A DNA stretch of 37,071 nucleotides from Oligoflexales bacterium. Lineage in GTDB: Bacteria > Bdellovibrionota_B > Oligoflexia > Oligoflexales > CAIYRB01. Shown in pieces: positions 1 through 8,700 of the stretch. The stretch lies in assembly GCA_041736175.1 (NCBI GenBank), contig JBGSUI010000202.1:1-37071 (forward strand), given 5' to 3'. The position numbers and the translations under genes are program-made. Each line of letters begins with the position of its first letter. Position 1 is the stretch's first letter. The notes beneath the pieces are model-generated. The model saw only the letters and a list, made by a program, of their open reading frames with translations. It was not told where the DNA came from and ran no database searches.

Positions 1-247
1 CGTCTTACAAATAGTAAGAAAACTCAAACAAGAGTCCACTATAGCCGTCTGGAGACAATTTGCGGAGATGCTTTCAAAACAGTTTTGGAAGAAGAGGACT
101 TTTTGGACTGAGGGTTATTTTGCTTCAACCATAGGCGACGCCTCGGAAGAGACGGTTAGGAGATATATTGAATCGCAAGGTTGATACGGCGGCCATTCAT
201 CCGGCGATGCTGAAGACATCGCGGTTTTCTGGCCAAGAACTTTATAA
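1..247 (+). mobile_element. IS200/IS605-family insertion sequence, right part with subterminal hairpin
   Basis: The tnpA stop at 184 is followed by stem GCGATG(204-209)/CATCGC(217-222) with loop CTGAAGA, inside outer GGCCA(191-195)/TGGCC(230-234). The exact end (~247) is an estimate. Confidence 0.75.
2..184 (+). CDS. tnpA: IS200/IS605-family Y1 transposase TnpA, C-terminal part (5' end cut off by the window edge)
   Basis: Manual translation from nt 2 gives VLQIVRKLKQESTIAVWRQFAEMLSKQFWKKRTFWTEGYFASTIGDASEETVRRYIESQG*. The FW..GYF..T.G and YIxxQ (catalytic Tyr) motifs are typical of Y1 HUH transposases. Not in the ORF track. Confidence 0.9.
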   Translation, partial: VLQIVRKLKQESTIAVWRQFAEMLSKQFWKKRTFWTEGYFASTIGDASEETVRRYIESQG

Positions 248-349
248 AGGCTCATTTTGTGGGCTAAGACGGTGGACCAAGGCCCCTTAAGGACTGCGCT
301 AGGTGTACCAAAATTATATACAGTCATTATAATATATTGCAACATTCAG

Positions 350-400
350 TGAAAAATTTAGACCATTCGAGCGGTCCAGAATGAAAAATTTAGACCATTC
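350..400. repeat. Perfect 19-bp direct repeat TGAAAAATTTAGACCATTC (350-368, 382-400)
   Basis: Read directly from the sequence; 32-bp period; lies in the AT-rich region upstream of the ATPase gene. Confidence 0.9.
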
Positions 401-414
401 CTATAAAGTTGCTA

Positions 415-559
415 TTTGTGGTAATGCCAAAAAAAGATAGATTTTAAACCTATGTATTTATAGTTCTATTTTTGGCTAGAGAATTTGAGCTATTGTAAGA
501 CATCTAAATTATTATTAAAATAATCTATCCTTTTGTGGTCATTCCAAAAAAAGATAGAT
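415..559. repeat. 28-bp direct repeat TTTGTGGT(A/C)AT(G/T)CCAAAAAAAGATAGAT (415-442, 532-559)
   Basis: 26/28 identical. The second copy also forms an inverted repeat ATCTATC(523-529)/GATAGAT(553-559) just before the RBS. Confidence 0.85.
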
Positions 560-577
560 ATTTCCTCAGGAGGGTTT

Positions 578-2119
578 ATGAAGACCTTGTCGAGACAGCT
601 GTCGGTGAAAAAACTCCTGGATTTTGCTGCGGGAGACGGTGCTGGACTCGTGTTTGTGCAAGGGCGGCGCCGCGTTGGTAAGACCTGGCTGCTCCAGGAG
701 GTCGAAGGACTGCTGAAAGGGAGGGTTTTCAGGCTCATCTGTCGCAAACACCGGCGTGACTCAAGTTTCCTCAGGGAATTTGCGACGCTGTGGGCTGATT
801 TTAGCGCACAAGAAGAACTGACTCTTTTGAGGTCTTCTGCCTTAACCTGGCAACGACTGATGGCACACCTTGGTCGCTATGCAGTGTCCTATCGACAAAG
901 GACTGGTCAAAGCTTTGTTTTGCTTATCGATGAGATTCAGTGGCTTTCCACAAGCTATGACGAGAGTGCTGGAGTCCTCAAAGCGGCTTGGGATGAATGG
1001 GCCCGTGAGGATTCCCTCCGGGTGGTGATATGTGGTTCTTCGACGCGGTTTTTTACGGAGCAGTTTGGCGAAGGCTCGGTTCTTCGGGGGCTGCAATCCC
1101 AGGCGACCCTAAAGGTGCTGCCGTTTCCTCTAGCGACTTTAAAGCGCCAAGTCGTGCCCACTTGGACTGTTCGGGAAACAGTCCTGGCATATATGTGTCT
1201 TGGTGGCATCCCCTATTATTGGCGTGATCTGCGGGCTGAAAAGGGTTTTCGTCGGGCTATGAACGATATCTGTTGCACCAGCACGAGCATCTTGCTGGGT
1301 GAATGGCGGGAAATCATCGCCACCGAGTTTCGCACTGATGCAGTAGAAAGCCTGGCGCGGCTATTTCCGGCGCTGATGTCCTCCGAAGAGGGGGTGACCC
1401 AAGCAGAGGTTGCCGCAAGACTTGGATTTGAAGTCGCTACGGTGGCCCGACTCTTGGATAAACTGGTGGCCTATGGGTATGTTTTTAGGTGTATCCCGGA
1501 AGATATTGGACCATCCGGTGCCCGTAAAATGGGAAGGGGCATTCGCTATATCCTTGGTGACTTTTTTCTCCATTTTTATTTTTCGGTTATCTATCCTCTG
1601 GAACAGGAAATCCGACTCAATCAAGGGGGCGGACTTTTATTTCCTAATCTGATACTTCAGGGGGACGCACTGGAATATATTCCGACTTTTACCGGCAAAG
1701 CCTTCGAGGGTTTTGTGTTTTATCACGTGGATATTGCGATGCGGGAAGGCGAGTGGAGTCATGAATCTGGATCCTTACACCGGCCTAAACTATGGGAGCT
1801 TTTGGATCTGCCAGATGCAAACTACCAAGTGCGGTGGAATGTATTGGTCCGTGGCGAGACCAATGACCGGATCCGATCACAGACGGATGTTCTGGTCGTA
1901 CACCAAAGGGAAAAAAGCGTGCGGATAGTCGAATGCAAGTGGAAAGGTGCGGGAGAATTTGCTGATATTGATGAGGTGCGAAAAAAAATGTTGCCAAAGC
2001 AGTATGAAGATTATGCAAGGCGAGATTTTTTAGTGGTGAGTTATGAGCCTACTGCAGATTTGGTAGCCCACGCTAAATCTGTCGGCGTTACCTTGATCAC
2101 CTTGGAGGCGTTTTTATAG
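578..2119 (+). CDS. P-loop ATPase (archaeal-type ATPase_2 / DUF234-like) with winged helix and C-terminal PD-(D/E)XK nuclease-like domain
   Basis: Walker A GRRRVGKT, Walker B LLIDEIQW, ICGSS, LGGIPYY, HTH-like TQAEVAARLG..VARLLDKLVAYG and C-terminal QTDVLV...IVECKW. ATG 578 follows the RBS GGAGGG (ORF track starts at 533). Confidence 0.85.
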   Translation: MKTLSRQLSVKKLLDFAAGDGAGLVFVQGRRRVGKTWLLQEVEGLLKGRVFRLICRKHRRDSSFLREFATLWADFSAQEELTLLRSSALTWQRLMAHLGRYAVSYRQRTGQSFVLLIDEIQWLSTSYDESAGVLKAAWDEWAREDSLRVVICGSSTRFFTEQFGEGSVLRGLQSQATLKVLPFPLATLKRQVVPTWTVRETVLAYMCLGGIPYYWRDLRAEKGFRRAMNDICCTSTSILLGEWREIIATEFRTDAVESLARLFPALMSSEEGVTQAEVAARLGFEVATVARLLDKLVAYGYVFRCIPEDIGPSGARKMGRGIRYILGDFFLHFYFSVIYPLEQEIRLNQGGGLLFPNLILQGDALEYIPTFTGKAFEGFVFYHVDIAMREGEWSHESGSLHRPKLWELLDLPDANYQVRWNVLVRGETNDRIRSQTDVLVVHQREKSVRIVECKWKGAGEFADIDEVRKKMLPKQYEDYARRDFLVVSYEPTADLVAHAKSVGVTLITLEAFL

Positions 2120-2217
2120 GTGCTGGGGGTGGATCGCGGTGAGGAACAAAATTTGTCTAATTGGAAGTGAAACGAAAGGTCTCCTGATATCTCATTAGGA
2201 TTGAACAGTAACAGGAG

Positions 2218-2565
2218 TCAGGAGGCCCGGAGAGTCTGGTGCTTATACTCTAATTCCAAAATTTGTTGGCGGGTCATCTCGAGGGTGCCCACGATGGCTT
2301 TAGTTTTTGTGTCGAGGCCGACGAGGTACTGTCCCTTTGAGTCGTCTAATAGGTGGTCTAGCGTGAAGCGCTCGTTGAAAAAGAGGCTGCCCTGAATGGC
2401 CTTTGGGTCGTCGTGCTGGGAAACGACGTAGTAGAGGACGTCCCCCTTTCGGAAGAAGCGGAGTGCCAGAAACAGTTCACCAGCTGCGTCCGCCAGGATG
2501 CCGGAAAGGACGGTGTCCTTGGCATCGGAATCTGTGTAGAATGATGTTGTGTCAAACACGGGCAT
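2218..2565 (-). CDS. Hypothetical protein (115 aa)
   Basis: ATG preceded by GGGGAGAG; globular-looking composition; no family recognised. Confidence 0.65.
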   Translation of the reverse strand: MPVFDTTSFYTDSDAKDTVLSGILADAAGELFLALRFFRKGDVLYYVVSQHDDPKAIQGSLFFNERFTLDHLLDDSKGQYLVGLDTKTKAIVGTLEMTRQQILELEYKHQTLRAS

Positions 2566-2976
2566 AGTCGCTCTCCCCGCAACATTCTTCGGCAGAAATT
2601 GTGCCGGACTTTAATTTCCAAGGCTGCGAATTTTACAGAGAATATTGTTCTCGATATCTTTTTTCCATTAATGATTGAGGGATAGAGCGTGGACCTCAAA
2701 ACTCGAATATCGAAGCTTGTGCAGTACTCCCGTGAGGAAATAGTCGCGCGTTTCCGGCAGCCCTTCCCGGTTTAGGGGAACCCTTGAGGGAAATAGATCA
2801 CAAAAAAAATACTTGCTGCTCATCGCGCGATTTTTTTCCAGAGAGTTGTAGCTTTTGAGTCATATCCCTCAAATCAAGTTTGGCATGGTTCGTGCTTAGG
2901 GATCCAGGAGCCTTAAAAAGGGGCTTTTTGTGCATTTTTTTTACTTATTGTCATTTTAAAATTAAAGAGGTGGAAC

Positions 2977-3270
2977 ATGTTTTCAGGAATCAAACTTGGA
3001 TTTTTAAGCTGTGTTCTTTTGTCTGGCAGCAGTGTTTTGATGGCTGGCGAACCCGAGCCCTCAAAGCCAAATCAAGGGAGTCTCCCCGATTTTCAGGGAC
3101 AATTATTGAGCCCAGAAATGAATCAGGAGCCAAAAGCTCCACCTAAAGACACAGCAGAGGGTGAAAAAGCCCCAGACCAAGCAGTCGAATCTGCAGTAGG
3201 CCCAGGCAAACAAGCCCAACAACTCGAAAGTACTTCGGCAGCTCAGCAGACTCAAGCTTTCCAGAAATAG
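2977..3270 (+). CDS. Small secreted Pro/Gln/Glu-rich, probably disordered protein
   Basis: RBS AGAGGTGG; signal peptide ending near VLMA-G; low-complexity mature part. Confidence 0.7.
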   Translation: MFSGIKLGFLSCVLLSGSSVLMAGEPEPSKPNQGSLPDFQGQLLSPEMNQEPKAPPKDTAEGEKAPDQAVESAVGPGKQAQQLESTSAAQQTQAFQK

Positions 3271-3303
3271 CAAAGTTGAGATTTGACCACAGTTCTCGCC
3301 AAA

Positions 3304-3327
3304 GCCCGCTCCTTGAGGGGAGCGGGC
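3304..3327. terminator. GC-rich hairpin between convergent genes, likely terminator
   Basis: GCCCGCTCC(3304-3312)/GGAGCGGGC(3319-3327) perfect 9-bp stem; only a short T run on the minus strand. Confidence 0.6.
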
Positions 3328-3369
3328 CTAGGCAGATGTCATCATGATAGGCACTGGGGAGATCCCGGT

Positions 3370-4881
3370 TCACTCGACCCACTCATAGTAGCGATATCCC
3401 ACATCAACAACGTTTTTAGAGTTTTCTGTGCCCAGTCTTTCTAGGGAGAACTCCTGAAACTTTTCACCGACAGATCTCTGGGGTCCATCGAGGGAGACTA
3501 AAAAGTCTGTGTCCTTGAGTGGTGATTGAGCGGCCAAGATCGTGGACGGGAAGGCAGGACCCGTTTGGACTCTACCAGCGTCAGCCCTGACTAAACTTGT
3601 CTCTGAAGATTCGTGAAGATTCTCATAGGTAGCAAGATTGACTTTTAGGCGGCGGCCCCCAGCCGCTTGGGGGGTGATCTGCTGGTAGACCTCTTGGCGC
3701 GAATAACCCTCACGCCATCGGTCGGTAAAGCGGCCCGTGAATACTTTGGCAGAAGCACCGCTCCCATAGGAGGTCCAGACCACCGATTCTTGGGCTACAT
3801 CATGACCGGCCAGCTCTGATTCATATAATAAACTGATAAGGGCTAGAAACAGGGAACCTGAGTAGATATTACCGATTTTTCGTCCCAGCGCGAGGGATGG
3901 CGCGACTTTAAGTGCAAACTGATCCCTAAAAAAAGGACTTTTTGCCAAATCGCGCTCGATGCTACGGCGTTTTTCTCCAGTCAAAACCGAATTGATACCC
4001 GACCACAAGGCTGGGTCTAAGTAGCCTTTAAGAATGTCATCATGGGACCAGAGACGCCCGAAAAATCTGGCTGCTGCATATTCACCCATCCGCGGAAAGG
4101 GTACATGAAATAAAAAATGGTTGTTATTATGATAAAAATCCTGCGGAACGAGCTCTGCTTTTTTCAAATAGTCATTAAGGGCTTCCTCGACCGTATTGAG
4201 ATAGACGTCGATGCTGTACTTGCCATCGACCACAGCCGCTTTAGAAAAATTGGGGCGGAAAAAATCCCTTTCATCACGGGTGGCGGTTCCTATAACCCTG
4301 GGGTTTATGACGAGAAGACGTGGATTTTTAGTCAGCAGCATGGCGACTGCTCCGGCCCCTTGGGTGTATTCCCCTGGAGTCATCAACGGATATTTTGCGA
4401 TATCTGTGGCAATGACAATTGCATATTTCCGTGCCAGAGTTCCTGAAAGGAGACAGGCTAACGCTGACTCTAAGGCATAAGTTGCGCCCATGCAGGCAAA
4501 CTGAAACTGCGGACAACCGATATGGGAGGCTCGGGTACCGCGTTTTCGCTCAAGCATCCCCAAAACATAAGCAGCTAACGATTTACTCTGATCCACTGTG
4601 GTTTCTGTGCCCACAGCTATGAGTCCTATATCATCGAGAGAGATTTTGTGCTCCTCGATAAGCTTCCATGCGGCCATGGCAGCCATGGTTACAGCATCTT
4701 CGTGAAAATCAGCGATTGTCATCCATTCAACGCCAATCCCTTGTTGGATTTTTCCTCGGAGCTTATCGAGTGTCTCCCCGGATTGTTGGGATCTAACTTC
4801 GGAAAACTCCCCCAAGAGATCCACATACAATCTAGGAATATGAAATGATATTGAATCGATACCTACTGTGTCGTCTTTCAT
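3370..4881 (-). CDS. mvaS: Hydroxymethylglutaryl-CoA synthase
   Basis: EDAVTMA, VGTETTVDQSKS (catalytic Glu), QFACMGAT (catalytic Cys), EYTQGAGAVAML, FHVPF (His), IGNIYSGSLF, SYGSG. ATG at 4881 chosen over TTG at 4899. Confidence 0.9.
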   Translation of the reverse strand: MKDDTVGIDSISFHIPRLYVDLLGEFSEVRSQQSGETLDKLRGKIQQGIGVEWMTIADFHEDAVTMAAMAAWKLIEEHKISLDDIGLIAVGTETTVDQSKSLAAYVLGMLERKRGTRASHIGCPQFQFACMGATYALESALACLLSGTLARKYAIVIATDIAKYPLMTPGEYTQGAGAVAMLLTKNPRLLVINPRVIGTATRDERDFFRPNFSKAAVVDGKYSIDVYLNTVEEALNDYLKKAELVPQDFYHNNNHFLFHVPFPRMGEYAAARFFGRLWSHDDILKGYLDPALWSGINSVLTGEKRRSIERDLAKSPFFRDQFALKVAPSLALGRKIGNIYSGSLFLALISLLYESELAGHDVAQESVVWTSYGSGASAKVFTGRFTDRWREGYSRQEVYQQITPQAAGGRRLKVNLATYENLHESSETSLVRADAGRVQTGPAFPSTILAAQSPLKDTDFLVSLDGPQRSVGEKFQEFSLERLGTENSKNVVDVGYRYYEWVE

Positions 4882-4975
4882 AGAGCGGGTCCTATACAAA
4901 TAATACCAATACTTTTGGTCCTCGGTTGGCGATTGCTAAGTCATCTATCATAGATGAGTTCCATGCAAATCCAGC

Positions 4976-5491
4976 CTAAGGTCGCCAAGCCTTGATGGCT
5001 TGAGTCGCTTCGTCTTGGGTGAGCTCGCCCTTGGCAACTGCTTGGTAAATGCGAGCCTCCACAACGCTTTTAGCACGAGCGACTTTTTTAACGAGGGGCC
5101 AGAGATTACGAGCACTATTATTACCACCGATACTAAGCGGGATATAATGGTCAATCTCGTAGAAATGCAGCTCATCAGGAGAGATTCCGTATGATTTGCC
5201 GATAGCTATTTTTTCTCGATGGGATACGTTTCGCCGGCAATGGGCGATCTGGGATGGATATCGATAACCATCGAAGTCTTGCTCAGTAGGGCTACAGAGT
5301 TCACCGGGGGTAAGTTCTGGAGGAGGAGGAAACCCTTGGCGGGGTATATCTAACGACTGTCCGGGTGACGGTCCGGTTAGACCTGACTCTAGGGTGGATA
5401 GGGTCGTCAGCCGGTTCGTCATTTGTGATGAACAAGCCAATGAAAAGACTAGACTCAAAACCGCGCTCATCAAGACCATTTTTTTGATCAC
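4976..5491 (-). CDS. Lipoprotein with HNH-type nuclease motif
   Basis: Signal peptide with lipobox SLA-C; YEIDHYIPLSIGGNNSARNLWP is an HNH signature; two further Cys residues. Confidence 0.8.
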   Translation of the reverse strand: MIKKMVLMSAVLSLVFSLACSSQMTNRLTTLSTLESGLTGPSPGQSLDIPRQGFPPPPELTPGELCSPTEQDFDGYRYPSQIAHCRRNVSHREKIAIGKSYGISPDELHFYEIDHYIPLSIGGNNSARNLWPLVKKVARAKSVVEARIYQAVAKGELTQDEATQAIKAWRP

Positions 5492-5646
5492 AGCAGGACC
5501 CCTTGGTTTTATAAAATTAAACTTATTTATAGATTATAACTTACCGTGTATTTGTTAAGCGGCGAGAAAATCGGTGTTAATTTTTATAAATCCAAAATCA
5601 AAACGAAAATTCCAAAAGTCTAAACAACCAAGGACACGAAAAATAT

Positions 5647-5675
5647 AGGTTAAGACGTCAAATCTTTCTTAACCT
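5647..5675 (-). terminator. Hairpin 50 nt downstream of the giant gene, possible terminator
   Basis: AGGTTAAGA(5647-5655)/TCTTAACCT(5667-5675); followed on the minus strand by ATATTTTT. Confidence 0.4.
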
Positions 5676-5724
5676 TGTGCTTCTCTTGTGACCTGCCGTG
5701 GCGGATTAAAGTGATGACTTCGCG

Positions 5725-8700
5725 CTACAAATCAATCGGTAGCAAATAGTCCCCCATTTGATTGGGAATTTTGCCGACATCGGCGGTATTACTCTGGCCC
5801 AAGGTGCCGAAAAACCCATAGCCCCAGCATTTAACGCCTCCATGGTCGAGTACAGCACAGACATGATTGCTCCCCACGGTGGCATTGATGGCCGTTCGCC
5901 CTATACCAAGATCGATCGTGGGTAGATTGTCCCCCATCTGACCCGGTGCATTTCCCCGAAGTGCCGTATCTCCTAGGCCTAGTTGACCGTCACCGTTGGG
6001 CCCCCAACACTTTAGTGCGCCGTTATCCAAAATAACGCAAGTATTTCTGTAGCCGCCCGCAATTTTGACGACGCTTCGTCCCGTGCCGACGAGGGACGCA
6101 TTCAAAGAATCGCCAATCTCTCCCGGCGAATCGCCGATGTTTGTATTGGTAGAGATTCCTAATTGACCATAGGTATTCTCGCCTAAACATTTTACGGTAT
6201 CATTGTCGAGTTGGACGCAGATATGACGATCCCCCGCGACCACGGCTTTTGCTGTGCGGCCAGTGCCTAAATTGACACCGGTGTTGTTATCTCCCATTTG
6301 GCCGCCCTGATCCCCGATTTGCTGGGTGTCACCACGTCCTAAGGGGCCATTCCCATTGTGTCCCCAGCATTTGAGGCTATCGTTATCTAGGATGGCGCAG
6401 GTCAGGTACACGCCAGCGGCGACCGATTTCGCCGTGCGCCCTGTACCTAGATTTACAGTCGGGAGATTATCTCCCATCTCTCCGGCATGATCGCCACGAT
6501 CGACGTTATCACCAAGTCCCAACTGTCCAAACGCATTTTTTCCCCAGCATTTAAGACTATAGTTATCGAGAACGGCGCAGGTATGGTTTCCATAGGCTGA
6601 GATTTCTCGGGCAGTTCGACCAGTGCCAAGGTCAACAGGGGTGAGGTTATCTCCCATTTCAGCCGAGGCATCCCCAATGAAGTCGGTACATACTTTGCCT
6701 AATTGCCCGTATAAGCAGCTGCCCCAACATTTCACTTGGCCGTTGTCGAGGATCGCGCAGGAATGGCTAAGCCCCGTGGAAACTTTTACAACGGTCCGAC
6801 CGGTGCCAAGATTTACAGCAGGTAAATTAGCGCCCATTGAGTTTGCTGAATTCCCATACATAGTCCCATCTTCACTGCCAAGTTTTCCGTCCCAATTTAA
6901 CCCCCAACATTTAAGGACACCGCCGGTTAGGATCGCGCAGCTAAAACGGTCGCCTCCGCTGATTGCCAACACAGCGGGCGCCGTGCTGGTGATGGAGTCG
7001 CTGGTACAGCTTGAAACATTTCCCGCGAGATCCTTAAATTTTGCATAAACCGTTGCCGAACCTCCACCCTGCCCAAGCACCCAGGGTTTGGTTGCGCTGA
7101 AGGACTCCCAACTGCCTCCACCGCTGCAACCGGGGTTATTAGTAAGGTACATATGACTTGCACCCGTCGCGCTTAGACTGAGACTTACGTTATAACTTTG
7201 CGTCGAAGTTGCTCCCGAGTTTATAGAGATTCCTATGGAACCCGGTGGTGTATCGTCATGAATGATATCATCACTGTCGCAACTCGACTCGTTGCCGGCC
7301 AAATCTCGAAATTTTGCATAAACATAATTTGTCGAGTTTAGCGAGGGTAGGGTCCATGTTCTTGTCGAAGTATAGGTTTCCCATACGCCGCCGGTACTAC
7401 AACCGGCGGTATGGGTGATATACATTTCGGTGGCGTCGGAAACATTTAAGGTCAGTGTCACCGATGGGGAGGACGTTAACGAATTATAGTTATTGATTAT
7501 GACTTCAGGTGTCTGCGGGGCGGTGGAGTCATGGGTGATAGAGGAGGAAATACAGGAGGATTCGTTACCGATCGAATCAAGAAATTTTGCATAAACAGTG
7601 GCAACTCCATTGGTTTGGCCGAGCGTCCAAGATTTAGTGGTCCCATAATTTTCCCAACCGCCACCAGTATTACAGCCTGCAGTATTTGTTATATACATGC
7701 TGATCGCATCATTCGCATTAAAGGAGAGGCTGACGGCGACACTGGCGGTCATGCCGGCTCCTGAGTTAATAGCTATAGCCCCAGGATTTGGAGCCGTGTT
7801 GTCATGAATGATACTCGTCGGTATGCATGCTGATTCAACCAGAAACGCGTTTCGGACTTTGACGTAAACGGTTGCCAAAGCATTTGTTTGAGCCAAAGTC
7901 CAGGGGTTCGATGCATTGAGGGTGGTCCAACTACCGCCCGTACTACAGTCGGCGTTGTTGGTGATAAACATCTGGGTCGCGCCAAGGGCTGCTATTGAAA
8001 GGGTGACCGCTGTGGTTGAGGTGGTTGCGGCACCGGCATTGATAAAGATTGAGGTCACCGTCGGCATACTTCCATCATGCATAATGCTGGCCGATGTACA
8101 GGAGGACTCATTCCCAACTTGGTCGCGAAATTTAGCGTAGATCGTAGCAGTCCCATTGGTTTGGCCGAGGGTCCAGGTTTTTGTGCTCGAATAGGTTTCC
8201 CAGGTCGAACCCGAGCTGCATCCTGGAGTATTGGTGAGATACATTTCGGAGGCCTCAGACGCGCTTAAAGCAAGGGAGACCAGTGTTGTATTTGTGGCTG
8301 GAGCCCCGGCGTTTATCACAACGGATGGGCCTATCGGACCAAGATTGTCATGCAAGATGCTCGCTGAGATGCAGGGGGATTCGCTTCCGACTTGGTTGCG
8401 AACTTTTGCATAAACAGTGGCGAGGCTATTTGCCTGTGCGAGATTCCATATTTTGGTGGTTGAAAAGGTTTCCCAGATGCCACCGACGGAACAACCAATG
8501 CTATTGGTGATATACATTTCACTGGCATTGGTCGCGCTGAGAGCGAGGCTCACAGTGCTTATTGGTGTCCTTGCCGCACCTGAAGCGATCACCATCAAGG
8601 GTGGAGCAGGAACTTCCATAGGGACTGTCGGAGCAGATGTGGCTCCTGGTTTGGTTTGGGCGGTCACCTGTTGGCCGAGGCTGGTCGTGTCGACGGTCGG

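Noticed and set aside
201..224. IS200 hairpin as the source of the 95-bp repeats (non-autonomous derivative)
   Set aside because: Only a short GATG/CATC stem is shared; there is no extended similarity.
115..345. 76-aa minus-strand ORF
   Set aside because: It overlaps the tnpA end and IS hairpin on the opposite strand; a shadow ORF.
350..400. 19-bp direct repeats as a mini CRISPR array
   Set aside because: Only two copies, a 13-nt spacer and no cas genes.
2700..2935. Possible riboswitch or attenuator ahead of the small secreted protein (weak stem AGCCTT/GGGGCT plus T run near 2909-2929)
   Set aside because: The stem is weak and I recognise no aptamer consensus.
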